In this document: positions 22,348 through 53,559 of the stretch, piece after piece
Layout of the letters: the number at the start of each line of letters is the position of its first letter
Position numbering within the stretch: the stretch's first letter is position 1
Assembly: GCF_009914755.1 (NCBI RefSeq)
Contig: NC_060934.1
Direction: 5' to 3' (one strand)
Length of the DNA: 64,000 nucleotides
Source: the human T2T-CHM13v2.0 reference genome, Homo sapiens
The notes under the pieces: generated by a model
What the model saw: the letters and a program-made list of their open reading frames with translations, nothing else
Databases searched by the model: none
Told to the model about the DNA's origin: nothing
Translations under genes and position numbers: made by a program

Positions 22348-22580
22348 CAGGTTGAGTATCTCTTATCTGAAATGCTTGGCATCAAAAGTGTTTCTGACTT
22401 TAGAGTTTTTTCCAAATTTTGGAATATTTACATTATACTTACTGGTTGAGCTTCCCAAATCCAGAAATCTAAAATCTGAAATGCTCCAACAAGCATTTCC
22501 TTTGAGCATGTTGAGCATGTTGGCACTCAGTTTCAGATTTTGGAGCATTTGAGATTTTCAGATTTGGGATGCTCAGCCTG
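22348..22580. mobile_element. Tigger4a/MER46-type MITE with TA TSD
   Basis: TA|CAGGTTGAGTATC...GATGCTCAGCCTG|TA terminal inverted repeats. Confidence 0.85.
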
Positions 22581-22837
22581 TATAACAATGTATTGTTGGG
22601 TTTTAAATATATATGCAATATATATAAAAATAACAAATGGAGAAGAGGAAATAGAGCTATATATAGGTAATGTTTCTGTATTTTACTAGAGTTAAGGTAG
22701 TAGAAATCTGAAGTAGATTTTGATAAGGTAAGATTTATTAGGTAAGTTCTAGAGCAACCACTAGGTAAATAAATTTTCAAAGAGACATAGTAATTTTAAA
22801 AATTAAAACGTTATACTAAAATATATTCATTTCACGT

Positions 22838-23040
22838 TGTGTACACATAAACATAGAGAGTGGAATGAGAGACACTGGAGACTTGGAGGGGTGGGGAGGT
22901 GGGTGAAGGATAAGAAATTACCTGATGGGTGCAATGTATACTATTATGCTGATGGCCACACTAAAAGCCCAGACTTCATCTCTATGTGATATGTCTGGGT
23001 AACAAAACTGCACTTGTACCCTCAAAACCTATAAAAATAA
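22838..23040 (+). mobile_element. 5'-truncated L1PB-type 3' end with ~20-bp TSD
   Basis: cactaaaagcccagacttca...gtaacaaaactgcacttgtaccc; taaaatatattcat at 22817 and 23041. Confidence 0.8.
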
Positions 23041-23142
23041 TAAAATATATTCATGTCATGTAAAAGAAAGCAGAAATAAAAGGAATAGAGTATCAAAAAA
23101 GCACGAGACCGAAAACAAAAATGGCAGAGGTAAATCCAACTA

Positions 23143-23366
23143 CAGATGCTCCTTGACTTATGATCAAGTTACATCCTGATAATAGTCAAATTAGTTGAAA
23201 ATATTGTTTTTCCACTTAAAATGGGAACACATTCTAGTAAAGTCAGAAAAAATAGTTAAGTTGAACCTTTGTAAATCCTGAAAATACAAAGGGGTTTCAA
23301 ACCCAATAAACCCATTGAAAAGTTAAAAAATCATAAGTCAAACCATTGTAAGTCAGGAACCATCTG
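23143..23366. mobile_element. MER47/Tigger5-type MITE with TA TSD
   Basis: TA|CAGATGCTCCTTGACTTATGAT...ATTGTAAGTCAGGAACCATCTG|TA inverted ends. Confidence 0.8.
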
Positions 23367-25878
23367 TATAGCAATAACGACAGGAAAAAGGGAATGATTT
23401 GAAAATCCAATCAAAAAGCAACAATTCTCAGGTTGTTGAAAGTGTGAAAGTCCAAACATGTGCTATCTATAAGAGATAGATACAAACAGGTTGAAAATTT
23501 GAAAACAGAAAAAGATATATCAGGCACATGGCACCAATAAGGCTGGAGTAGCTATCCTAATATCACACAAAATACACTTTAACACAAAAATTTTACTAAG
23601 GATAAAGAGGGGAATTTTATTAATATAACAATAAAAGGGTCAATCGATAAAGGAGACATAACAATTCTAAGCATATATACTACTAACAGAGCCTCAAAGT
23701 ACGCGTAGCAAAAACTGACAGAATTAAAAGAAAAAATACACAAGTCTATGATACTAATTGCAAACTGTAATAACCCATTTTCAATAATGGTTAGGACAAC
23801 TGGGCACAATATAAACATGGAAACAGAAGATATAGATGACACTCTAAAGCAACCAGATCTAAGAGATATAGACAGAACATTCCACTTGAAAACAGTGGAA
23901 CAGGTATTCTTTAAAAGTACACATGAAACATTCCCCAGAATAAATTTAAAACGATTCTCTGACCACAGTGGAAATTACAAATCAGTAAGACAAAGGAATT
24001 TTGAGAATGCACAAACATGCACAAATTATATAATACATTCCAAAGTTAAAAAAAAAGTCAAAGAAGCAATAAGAAGGCAAATTAGAAAAAATGCTATGAG
24101 GTAAAAATGAAGACATACTCAAACTTATGGAACACAGATAAAGCAATGCTTAGAGAGAGATTTGTAGCTGTAATAACCATATTAAAAAAGATCTCAAATC
24201 AATAAACTAATTTTCCACCTTAAAACACTGGAAAGGAGCAGCAATACAAACTCAAAGCAAGAAGAAGGCAGGAAGGAAAGCAGAAAGATTATAGAGTAAA
24301 AATTAGTGAACTAGAGAACAGAAAAATAGCAGATTCCTGGAAAAGATCAACAAAATATACAAACCTCTAATTAGACTGACAATGGAAAAAAAAAAAAAGA
24401 AGATTCAAATTACTAAATGTAGGGATTAACGATGTATTACTAGTACTCTTACAGAAATAAAAATAATTACAAAGAATGGTATGAACAATGTATGTCAACA
24501 AATTATTTAACTTCAACAAAATGGAAAAATCCATAAAACAAAAACGACTAAAACCAACTCAAGAAGAAAAAGAAAAATCTGAAATGACCTACACAAGTAA
24601 AAAGATTGAAGTTGTAAATTTAAAACTCGCCATTACAGGTGGGATGCAGTGGCTCATGCCTGTAATCCTACAACTTTGGGAGGCCAAGGCAGGCAGATCA
24701 CTTGAACTCAGGAGTTTGAGACCAGCCCAGGCAACATGGTGAAACCCCCTCTCTATAAAAAAATTACAAAAAATTAGCTGCATGTGGTGGCATATGCCTG
24801 TAGTCCCAGCTACTTGGGAGGCTGAGGTGGGAAAATTGCCTGAGCCTGGGAAGTCAGGCTGCAGTGAGCCATGACTGCACCACTGCACTCCAGCCTGGGC
24901 AATATAGTGAGGCTCTGTCTCAAAAAAGACAAAAAACAAACAAGAAAACTTCCCATTACAAAAACAAAAACAAAACCCAGGTCCATATGGTTCACTGGAG
25001 AATTTTATCAAACATTTAAAAAGAAGTATCAATTACTCAAAAACTCCAAGAAAATAAGAAGAAACACTTGCCAGCTCATTCTATGATCCCATTACTACCC
25101 TGGTACCAAAATCAGACATGAAAAAACTACAAATGCATGTGTCATGATTACAGACCTATAAATCCTCAACAAAATACTAGCAAATTTCATCTAGTAGTAT
25201 ATAAAAAGGATTACATACAATGATCAAAGGGGATTTATACTAGTAAGGCAAGTTTGGTTTATCATTTGAAAATCAACTAATACATCACATAAGCAGAAAA
25301 GAAACAATAACCACATGATCATCTCAGTATACAGAGAAAAAGCATTTAACACAATCCAATGCCCATCTTCTCTATAAAAACAATCAACAAACCAGGAATA
25401 CAGTTAAACTTCCTGAGCCTGATTAAAGGCATCTACAAAAAGTCCACCACTAACATCATACTAAATAATGAAAGGTACAATGATTTTACTCTAAGAACAA
25501 AAACAAGATAAGAATGCCTTCTTGCCAGTTACACATCACACAGCAGATTGTAGTCAACACAAGCAAGGGGAAGGGGAATTCAGATTGAAAAAAAAAAGTG
25601 GAACTATATGTATTTGCAGTTGACTGCTCATGCATATAGAGAATCTTAAAGAATCTACTAAAACACTATTAAAACTAATAAAAGAGTTCAACAATGTTGT
25701 AGGGTGCAAGTTCACTAACAACAAACAAATCATAAATGAAATTTTAAAAAGAATTCCGGCCAGGCATAATGGCTCAAGCCTGTAATCCCAGCACTTTGGA
25801 ATGCCGAGGTGGCTGGATCACCTGATGTCAGGAGGTTGAGACCAGCCCGGCCAACATGGTGAAACCCTGTCTCTACTA

Positions 25879-26040
<162 letters not shown>

Positions 26041-26585
26041 TCAATAAATAAATAAATAAGTAAATTCCATTTACAATAGCATCAAAAAGAATAAAATACT
26101 TGTAACTTTAATCAAGGAAATACAGAGCTTGTAGTCTGAAAACCACAAAACAATGATGGAAGTAATTAAAGACAGCCTAAATAAATGGAAAGGCACTGAA
26201 TTGCATTCATATGGTTAAGATGGCAATAACTGCCAAATTAATATCTAAATTCAACACAATCCTTACCAAAATCCCATCTGCCTTTTTGAGGAAACTAACA
26301 AGCTGGTCTAAAATTTCATGTGGAAATTTAGGGAGCTGAATATAATCAAAACAATCTTTAAAAAGAAGTAGAAAGTTAGAAGACATACACTTCTCAATTT
26401 GAAAATTTGCTACAAAATTACAATAATCAAGATGGCATGATAGTGGCATAGAGGTAAACATGTGAAATAAAATTGAGAATTCATAAATAAACACTACAAT
26501 ATATTATGTTCAGTTAATTTTCAACAATGATGCCAAGAAAACTTAATGCTGAAAAATCCCCTTTTTGGCTGGTCGTGGTAGCTCA

Positions 26586-26981
<396 letters not shown>

Positions 26982-27294
26982 CTACATTTAAAAGCCATTA
27001 CTTAAAGAAAATATAGGAGTGGATCTTCATGCCCTAGGGATAGACAAAGCCCTTTTAGATAAAGTACCAAAAATACAAGCAACAAAAGAAAAAACAAATT
27101 AGACTTCATGGAATGAAAAACTCTTTTGCTACCAAGTACAAAGTAAAGACAACAAAATGCCAACCCACAAATGGGAGAAAAATACTGGCTAATAATATAT
27201 GTAATTAGCAACTTGTACACAGAATATGTAAAACACTCTTACAACTCAACAATAAAAGGACACATAACACAACTACATAATGAAAAAAGGAATT

Positions 27295-39335
<12,041 letters not shown>

Positions 39336-39419
39336 ACAATATATTGTCAAAATGCTCCAGCATCATTTGCTGAATACCTGACTGAATTTCTTTTGCATTT
39401 TTGTCAACAGTTTGTCAAA

Positions 39420-39797
39420 TGTCTTAGCTTCAGCTGCCATAACAAAATACCAGACAGTATGGCTTAAACAACAGAAGTTTATTTCCTCACGGTTCCAAAT
39501 GCTGGAAGTCTGAGATCAGGATGCCAGCATGGCCAGGGCCTGGTGAGGGCCTCTTCCCAGCTTGCAGTTGGCCACTGCATGTTCACATCGCCTTTCCTCT
39601 ACGCACATGGAGAGTGAGGAAGCTCTCACTTCCTCTTCCTGTAAGGCACTAACCTCATCGTGAGGGCCCCACCCTCATGACCTAATCTAACCCTAATTAC
39701 CTCCCAAGGGCTCCACATCTCCAAACACCACCACACTAGGGTTGAGGGCTCCAACATATGAATTTTGGGGAGACATGAACATACAGTCTATAACAGC
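39420..39797 (-). mobile_element. MaLR LTR (MLT1A0-like)
   Basis: gctgccataacaaaatacc...ggcttaaacaacagaagtttatttcctcac...catatgaattttgggggagacatgaacat. Confidence 0.85.
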
Positions 39798-39914
39798 ATA
39801 ATCAATGTTGAAGTTTTCTATTCTTTTCCATTGTTCTATGTGTATGTTCTATCAATGTGTATATTCAACCAACATCCTGTCCTCTTGATTATTATAGCTA
39901 TTAATATATACATA

Positions 39915-40431
39915 CAGTAGTCACTCCTTATCCAAGGGCGATACATTCCAAGACGCCCAGTGGAAGCCTGAAGCCTCAGATAGTATTGAGCCCTATAAAT
40001 ACTGTTTTTTCCTAAATATACAAACCTAAGATAAAGTTTAATTTATAACTTAGGGACAGGGAGAGATTAACAACATCATAAAATAGAAAAGTTATAACAA
40101 TATGCTGGCATCGCTACTCTTGCACTTTAGGGCCATTATTAAGTAAAATAAGGGTTACTTGGACACATATAGTGACAGTAAATAATCAAGACAATTACTA
40201 AGTAATTAACTCATGGGTAGCATATACAGCCTGGGTATGCTGGACACAGGGTTGATTCATGTCCTGGAACAGGACAGTGCAAAATTTCATCATGCTACTC
40301 ACAACAGTGTGCAATTTAAAACTTAGGCATTACTTATTTCTGAAGTTTCCTATTTAATATTTTTGAACCACAGTTGACCTCAGGTAACAGAAACTGCAGA
40401 AAGCAAAACCACAGAAAAGGGGAGACTAATG
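39915..40431. mobile_element. MER44/Tigger7-type DNA transposon derivative with TA TSD
   Basis: TA|CAGTAGTCACTCCTTATCC...GAAAAGGGGAGACTAATG|TA. Confidence 0.8.
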
Positions 40432-40979
40432 TAATAAGCCTTAACACTGGATACAATAATTCCTCCTACTATTCTTTTTCTCAAAACTTCTGAGAAAAAA
40501 TTTCTCAAAATTGTTTCATATTTTATATATATATATATATATGGTTCCTTTGACCATTTATGGAAATTTTGGAATAAGCTTATTTAAAGCTGAGAAAAAC
40601 CTTACTGGAATCTTGACAGGAATGCCATTAAACTGTAGGTCAATTTGGAGAGAACTGGCCTACTTACAAAGTTGAGTTTCCCAATCTATCAAGAGACCAC
40701 GTATCTTCATTTATTTCAGTGTTCTTTTATTTCTTTCATCAGAATTTTGTAATTTTCAGCACAAAGGTCCTATACATATTTTGTTCAATTTATAACAAAG
40801 TATTTAATTTTCTATGGAATAAGTGGTATTATGTTTTTAATTTAGATTTGTATATGTTCATTGTTAGTGGAAAGAAATTGATTATATGTGTTCATCTTGG
40901 ATCCTGAAACTTTTTGGAAATCATTCATTCATTCTGGGAGGTTTTCATTTTGTTTTCTTTTCTTTTTTTTTGTTTTTGA

Positions 40980-41132
<153 letters not shown>

Positions 41133-42062
41133 TAGTAGAGATGGGGTTTCTCCATATTGGTCAGGCTGCTCTTAAACTCCTGACCTCAGGTGATCCACTC
41201 GCCACGGCCTCCCAAAGTACTGGGATTATAGGCATGAGCCACCAGGCCTGGCCTGAGGTTTTTATTTTCTAAGATTCCTTGTAATATTCTACATATACAG
41301 TCATGTCATGTGTAAATGTAAACAGTTTTATTTCTTCTCTATGTGTATGCCTTCTCTTTCATTTTCTTGCCTCATTGTGCTTGAAAGAAGTTACAGTACT
41401 ACAATGAATAAGAGTGGTGAGAGCAAACATCCTTGCCTTGTTCCCAGTTTTACAGAGAAAACATTTCATCTTACCAGCAAATATATCTGCTATAGATATT
41501 TTGTGCATGTTCATTTATCAAACTGAGGAAGATCCTCTTAATGTCTTGTATGGAGATTTTTTATCATGGATGCATACTGCATTTTGTCAAATGCTTTCTC
41601 TATATTAACTGATGTTATATCATTTTTCTTCTTTAGCCTATGGTGGGTTAATTACATTGATTGATTTCTGAATGTTGAACCAGGCTTGCTTGTATAACTC
41701 AAGTAAATCCCACTTGTTTATAGTGTATACTTTTTACATGACTATTTTCTATTTGCTAGTGTTTTGGTAAAGATTTTTGCTACTAAATGTATGGGGAGTA
41801 TAGGTCTGTAGTTTTATTATTTTTGTACTGTCTGTATGGTTTTGACATCAAAATAATTTTTTAAATGTGTTAAGAAATGTTCCCTCTTGGCCAGGCGCAG
41901 TGGCTCATGCCTGTAATCCCAGCACTTCGGGAGGCTGAGGTGGGCGGACCACAAGGTCAGGAGTTTGAAACCAGCCTGGCCAATAAGGTGAAACACCGTC
42001 TTTACTAAAAATACAAAAATTAGCCGAGCATGGTCGCATGCGCCTGTAGTCACAGCTACTCA

Positions 42063-42230
<168 letters not shown>

Positions 42231-44204
42231 CTATTTTTTGAGGACATTGTGTAAAATCATCATTAATTCTTGTGTAAATGTTTGGTAGAATTCTCTAGTG
42301 AGAACAACTCTCTAGTACACAGAAATTGGTTTTTTGGAGGTTTTTTATTTAAAATTTAAAGTATTTGATTCAAATTAAGTCAACTTTTATGAAAACCTAT
42401 GGGTCATTCAAATTATCTATATCACCCTAATTGAGTTGTAATAGTTTTTGGTTTCTGAAAAACTGCTACATTTCTTCTATGTTGTCATTTTTCTTTTTTT
42501 TTTTGGAGACAGAGTTTTGCTCTGTTGCCCAGGCTAGAATGCAATGGTGCAATCTCAGCTCACTGCAACCTCCCACTCCCTGGGTTCAAGCCATTCTCCT
42601 GCCTCAGCCTCCTGAGTAGCTGGGATTACAGGCGTGCACCACCACACCAGGCTAATTTTTGTATTTTTAGAAGAGACGGAGTTTCGCCATGTTGGCCAGG
42701 GTGGTTGCAAACTCTTGACCTCAGGTGATCCGCCTGCCTTGGCCTCCCAAAGCCCTGGGATAACAGGCATGAGCCACCACACCTGGCCTATGTTGTCATA
42801 TTTATGAACATAAAGTTGTTGACAAGATTCCCTTATTATACTGTTAAATGGATGGTGGAGTGATATTCCCTGTTTCATTCCAGATATTGATGATTTGTCA
42901 TCTCATTTTATATTTTTAATCAATATTGCTAGATGTTTACCAATTTTATTCTTTTCCACAGAACCCTATGTTTCATTAGTTTTCTCTACTTTTTCCTATT
43001 TTCAATTTTACTGATTTCTGCTTCCAGTGTTATTTTCTTCCTTCTACTTAACAGAGGTTTTATTTTGCTCTTTGCTAGTTTCTTAAGGTAGAAAGTCAAT
43101 TATGGGTTTGCAACCTATCATCTTCTCTAATGTTAGCATTTGGCACTATAAATTTCTCTATCAGCACTGCTTTAGCTACCTCCCACATATATTGATATGG
43201 TATGGTCTCATTTTCATTAAGTCTATGCATTTCTACTATTAAATTTGAGGCCCCTTCTTCACTCCAGATGTTATTTAGAAGTCTGATGTTTAATTTCTAA
43301 ATTATTATATATTTCCCTATTGTCATTCTATTACTGATTTGTAGTTTGGTTTCATTATGGCCAGAAAACATACATACTCAGAATGATTTCAATTCTTTTA
43401 AATCTGCCAAGGCTTATTTATGGCCCAGGATATGGTCTATCTTTCTGAATATTCCATGGACACTTGAGAAAAAAATTGTATTTTGCTGTTGTTGGGCACT
43501 ATTCTTTTTCCTTTTTTTTGAGACAGAATCTCACTCTGTAACCCAAGTTACAGTGTAGTAGCACAATCTTGGCTCACTGGAACCTTTGCCTCCCAGTTCA
43601 AGAGATTCTCCTGCCTCAGTTTCCTAAGTAGGTGGGACTACAGGCATGCGCCACCATGCCTGGCTAATTTTTGTATTTTTAGTAGAGACAGGATTTCACC
43701 ATATTATCCAGGCTACTCTTGAACTCCTGACCTCAAGCAATCTGCCCGCCTCGGCTTCTCAAAGTGCTGGAATTACAGGCGTGAGACACCGCACCTGGCC
43801 TTGTTGAGCACTATTCTATAATGATGCTTCAGTCCTGTTGGCTGATGTTGCTGTCCTGTTCTTCTATATCTGCTAGTAATCATATGGCTAGTAATTCTAT
43901 CAATTGCTAAGAGGGAAGTGATGAATTTTCCAACTACAATTAAAATGTGCTTTTCTCTTTTCAACTCAATCAGTTTTGTTTTGTGTACTTTGAGGTTTGC
44001 TAGAGACACATTTAGGATCATTGCATTTTTGTTGGATTGATCCTTTTATCATTATATAATGTTCTTTTTGTCTAATAGTTTTCTTTGCTCTTTGCTCTAG
44101 AGTCTACTGTATTTTGTTTTTGATTAATGTTTGTACAGTTTATCTTTTTATATACTTTATCAACCTATGTTGTTCACTATGAGTTTCCTAAGAAAACATT
44201 TTTA

Positions 44205-45086
44205 GGATGGGTGGAGCAAGATGGTGGAATAGAGAACGCCACCGATCATACACACTCCCCCGCAGGAAGACTAACATTGGCAACTATCTACACAAAATAA
44301 GCAGTTTCACAGGAACCAAAAGTCAGGTGAGCACTTACAGAGCATGGTTTTCACTTCATATGGCTGAAAGAGAACAGTTTGGAAGTTCCTGAAAAAACTA
44401 AAAGTAGAGCTATCATATAATCCAGCAATCCCACTCCTAGATATATACCCAAAAGAAAAGAAATCAGAACATCAATGAGATATCTCTGCTCCCATGTTTA
44501 CTGCAGCACTGTTCACAAGAGCTAAGATTTGGAATCAACTGAAGTGTCCATTCACAGATAAATAGATAAAGAAAATGTGGTACATATACACAATGGAGTA
44601 CCATTCACCCATAAAAAAGAATGAGAGATCCTGTCATATGCAACAACCTAGACAGAAATGGAGGCACAGAATGTTAAAATTTTGCATGTTCTCACTTATT
44701 TGTGAAAGGTAAAAATTAAAACAACTGAACTCATGGAGATGAGGTAGAAAGTAAAAGGACAGTAACTAGAGGCTGGGAAAGGTGGTGGGGTGGGGTTGGG
44801 GGAAGGTGAGGATGGTTAAAGGGTACAAAAAAATAGTTAGAAAGAATGAATAAGACCTAATATTTGCTAGCCCAACAGGGTGACTACAGTCAAAAATAAT
44901 TTAATTGTACATTTTAAAGTGACTAAAAGAGTGTAACTGGATTGTTTATAACACAAAAGATAAATACTTGAGGGAATAGATACCCAATTTACCCTAATGT
45001 GATTATTACACGTTGTGTGCCTGTATCAAAACATCTCCTGTACCCCAAAAATAAATACACCTACTATGTACTCACAAAAATTAAAA
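44205..45086 (+). mobile_element. Internally deleted L1 (L1PB/L1MA-type 5' end fused to ORF2 end and 3' UTR)
   Basis: gggtggagcaagatggtggaatag 5' terminus; junction near 44372 to aacagtttggaagttcct...; ends tacacctactatgtactcacaaaaattaaaaa. Confidence 0.7.
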
Positions 45087-46229
45087 ATTTTAGATCATGT
45101 TTTATGTTTTTTCCACTCTGCCAATTTATATTTTAATTAGTGTACTTTGATTATTTACATTTAAGGTAAATATTGCTCTGTTAGGCTGCTATTTGTTTTC
45201 TTTTCTGTTTTCTATTCATCTGTTCCTTTTTTCTTATTTTCTGATTAGTTACCTAAATATTATTTTAGATTCCATCTGGGTTTATTTATAGTGTTTCTAA
45301 GTGTACCACATTTTATAGTTTTCTCAGTAGTTGTTCTAGGTATTAAAATGTACATATGTAAGTTATCACAGTCTATCAAGCATTTTACCACTTCAAGTGA
45401 AATGTACCAAGTTTCATTCCACTTAGGCCCCTTTACCCTCCCCACTTTTAAAATATAATTGTCTTAAGTGTTTCCCCTACATACAGAGCATTTTGCTCCA
45501 ACCATCAAAAATGATTCTAGAAACTCACGAGAAAAATATATTTATCCCCATTTTTGCCAACCTCCAATCTTCTTTCTTTCCTGCATCCCAAGCCTTCTTG
45601 TTATTTCCTTTCTATTTAGAGAACTTTTAGTCAATTTTTAAAGGTAGGTTTGCTAGCAACATTTTCTCTTAGCTTCCCTATCTAATAATGCCTTTAGTTC
45701 CCCTTTATTCATGAATATAGTTTCAAAAGATACAGAATTTTTATTTAATAGTGCTTTCCCCTCAGTACTTGAGAAAATATACTACTTCCTGCCTGCCACC
45801 ACAGTTTCAGAAGAGAAACCCACAGTCATTCCCTGCAGGGAATGTGTTGTTTCTCTCTGGCTACTTTGAAATTTTTTTTGTCTTTAGTTTTCAAAAATTT
45901 AATTATAGTGTGAGTTTGCCATGGACTTAACTTATTGGATGTTACTTCAGACTCGGGAATGTGCAGTTTTATATCTTTTGCTAAATTTGAGAAGGACCAG
46001 CCATTACTTCTTCATATACTTTAAACACCTCCTTCACTTCCTTCTGATGTTACAAATGTTAGTTCTTTTGTTATTGCCCCACTTTCCAAATACTGAAAGA
46101 ATCAAACCTCATCCCATTCCCTCCTGCCTTCCGGCTTTGTCTAAGCTACCACAATCACTCATAAGGAAAACTACCACAGGACTTTAATGAGCTCTCTATG
46201 CCCTATGCCCTGCCCAATATTTTCTCTAC

Positions 46230-47062
<833 letters not shown>

Positions 47063-47360
47063 AAAATTCTGACAGAAGAATAAACACAAAACAATGGAGG
47101 TTAAGGTGGGACACTGAAAGTGCTTTGAGAAAAATAACCAAGAAAAACAACAGTAAAGTTGAGGTGGGCAAAGACTGAACTATTGGCAGGTGTAAGAATG
47201 GTAAACCTTCAAAAAATGATTCTAAAAGGAAAAATTTTTTGTGAGTAGTATCTGGAGGTTTGATTTAGCAATCAGTATTCTCCATCACTTCCAGAGGTTA
47301 GGACCCCTATGGAGATGTTCTTGAAAAATGTTCCAAAGTTGCCAAACCCTGAATTAACTA

Positions 47361-47555
<195 letters not shown>

Positions 47556-47750
47556 TCAGGCCTTTGAAGCAGGAAGAAGCTTCTGGGGCTGCTTCAAGTT
47601 GCCAGTGGAACATTTTCACTGGAGAGGTGAACACAAGTATCTTCTGGTGCTCAATCAACACTGACTCCTGAAGCCTAACCTAAGCCTAAATAATGTCATT
47701 AAACTAGACAGACTGCCTATATGTTTTATAATCAAAATAAACGAATGCTA

Positions 47751-47933
<183 letters not shown>

Positions 47934-49170
47934 TCAGAATTAGGTGGCATGAAAAAAGAAGTATGGGCTAATCCTTACCATGATTATTATTCACAGAATA
48001 TTTGTTTTGCTTTATACTTTTAGGGAAAAAAGAAATCATAACAGAAATATTCTGCCATTAATGCATTAAGATATTAATTCATGCAAAAAAATTATCAAGT
48101 TCCCACAATGTACCTGGAACTATCATCACTCCTGGCAACACTAAGATTAATAAAAATCTTCCTGTGTTCAAAGAACACACAGAGTGGTAAGAAAATATAC
48201 ATGGTAACATGTTGCAAGTACTAAGGTGAAAGTACAAACCCAACAGACTAACGTTAGGAGCAAAGTTAGCTCTGCTTTGAGTTTCACTGAGGAAGTATAG
48301 CTGTTGGTTGAATTATGAAGAACACTCTATTACGTCCTTCATAAGCACGGGGCCATGATACAAGCAAAGGTGAGGGCCTCCAACACACTGCAGACATCAA
48401 CAAAAGGGCAGACAGCACAGGAAATGGCCTGGTGCTGTCTTGAGAAGAAAAGCCAAGGAAATGGGTTACAGAGTAATTTTACACCAATGGTCTCTAAAGT
48501 ATTTGATCATTTACCATTTTCAAGAATATTACTGAGAACTACAGATTTATATTTACAAATCACAGAAATAAATTGTCAGTACATTTATTATGAATTCTAA
48601 TTTAATTCTCATTTAGATTTAAAAATGTAGAAAGCCTGACATTTTCTTCATCGCAGTACATATTCTGGGTTCTAATCCTTTAATTCAAAGACAATAATAG
48701 GGATGTGTAGAAAATGGAAAGATCTTGGAACTATTATACTTGAAACCTCTGTGGAGTACATAGGAGAAGACATCCAGTTGGATTGTTCTGGATATCCTCT
48801 AGGGCACATCTTTTAGGGATCACTGCTGTGAAAAAGGGAGAGCCAAAGATGAGATGTGAGCATATACTGCAATTATGTGACCAGGTTTTGTTTACAGAAC
48901 CAATTCTATTGAGAACGGCAAAGGACAAAACAACATTTACATAAACTACTGTAGAAGAAACCAGGATGCAAATAGGGCATGAATAATAGGAGACAGAGCA
49001 TCAAAATGTGGTCACTAATTCATTAAGAAAAAAAATGTTTCCTCTGGCTATCCCCATGAACAGCTGCTCAGATACTAGGGCCACAATGTAAACCAGGAAA
49101 GTTAGGGCAAAATAGGTTGGACACGGTATTCTAGCAAGAAATGTCCTAAATATATTAAATTTGAAGCACA

Positions 49171-52336
<3,166 letters not shown>

Positions 52337-52404
52337 CATACTGACTCTTACAAATCTCACAAAGTCCACCGCAAAATAAAGTAGGGAATTAATAAACAAC
52401 TTAC

Positions 52405-52413
52405 CTTGTTCAT
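52405..52413 (-). CDS. ZNF33B: ZNF33B start: ATG AAC AAG (MNK), coding end of exon 2 (exon 52405-52457)
   Basis: caaaATGAACAAG|GTAAGT with donor at 52404; acceptor ctctttttccaactcag| at 52458. Phase 0 joins the KRAB-A exon and gives a 2337-nt CDS (778 aa). Confidence 0.9.
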
Positions 52414-53138
52414 TTTGTTCTGTTCTTGGAAAGACGGAGACAACTCTGAAGATACAGCTGAGTTGGAAAAAGAGGAATGGGGTCATGAAAGATTTGGCCT
52501 GCCTGGCAACTCCCGGATTCTTCTGCCCTAAGAAGCCATACACACCCACTAGGTAAAATGCTCCGTCTGGGAGAATATCAATGTCCTCTGACACTTCGGA
52601 ATAGGGGGTAGAAATGGTGAAAGAACACCCTAATACAACTCCAACATAACCATGTAGCTCTTGGGCACAAGATTTTTCATCAGGTGAAAGTAAATATTTG
52701 CTTCCTAAGGATTTCAATCTCCCTCAGTCTTCACAAAAAATGTATAATGACAATATTGGCCAAACAAGTTAACAATACATTTAATGAAAAAACATTAACA
52801 CTAAAACCATTGTAAAGAATAGGACTAGGCTATCGATTTTCCCAGTAATGTTACTTAACCTCTGATGAGTTAGTCCACAGAAAACCATAAGCGTCAGTGC
52901 TTCAAAGAAAAAATCCGTTTTAATTTCTTCATCTAACTTTGTTGCTATTTCTCAAAAGGATGTTTTAAACTTGCTTTGATGTGTGTAGAAAAGTAGTACT
53001 GGCTTAGGGGTCAGGAGAAGTGACTTTTAGTTCTCCCTACTAACAAACTTTGATCCTGAACAAGTCAGTAACCTTGACAAACAAAAAACAAAAAAATTAT
53101 TTTTTCTTCTAACAAATGAGGCAAAATTAGGTAATTCT

Positions 53139-53436
53139 GGTTTTTTGTTTGTTTGTTTGTTTTTGAGACGGAGTTTCGTTCTTGTTGCCCAGTCTGGAGT
53201 GCAATGGTGCAATCTCAGCTACCTGCAACCTCCGCCTCCCGGGTTCAAGCATTTCTCTGCCTCAGTAGCTGGGATTACAGTCATAGGCCACCACGCATGG
53301 CTACTTTTAGTATTTTTAGTAGAGACGGGGATTTGCCATGTTGGTCAGGCTGGTCTCGAATTCCTGACCTCAGGTGATCCACCCTCCTCGGCCTCCCAAA
53401 GTGCAGGATTACAGGAGAGAGCCACCGCGCTAGGCC
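53139..53436 (-). mobile_element. Alu in intron 1 with 16-bp TSD
   Basis: aaaattaggtaattct (53123-53138) / aaaattatgtaattct (53437-53452). Confidence 0.93.
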
Positions 53437-53559
53437 AAAATTATGTAATTCTTGAAGATCCTTCCTGAGTGCAAGATCAAGTTAGGACAGAGGAACAGCA
53501 AATAACAAGATGGGGTGATGGACATGACTGGAGGGCAGTTCGAAACCTAAAGAGGATGA

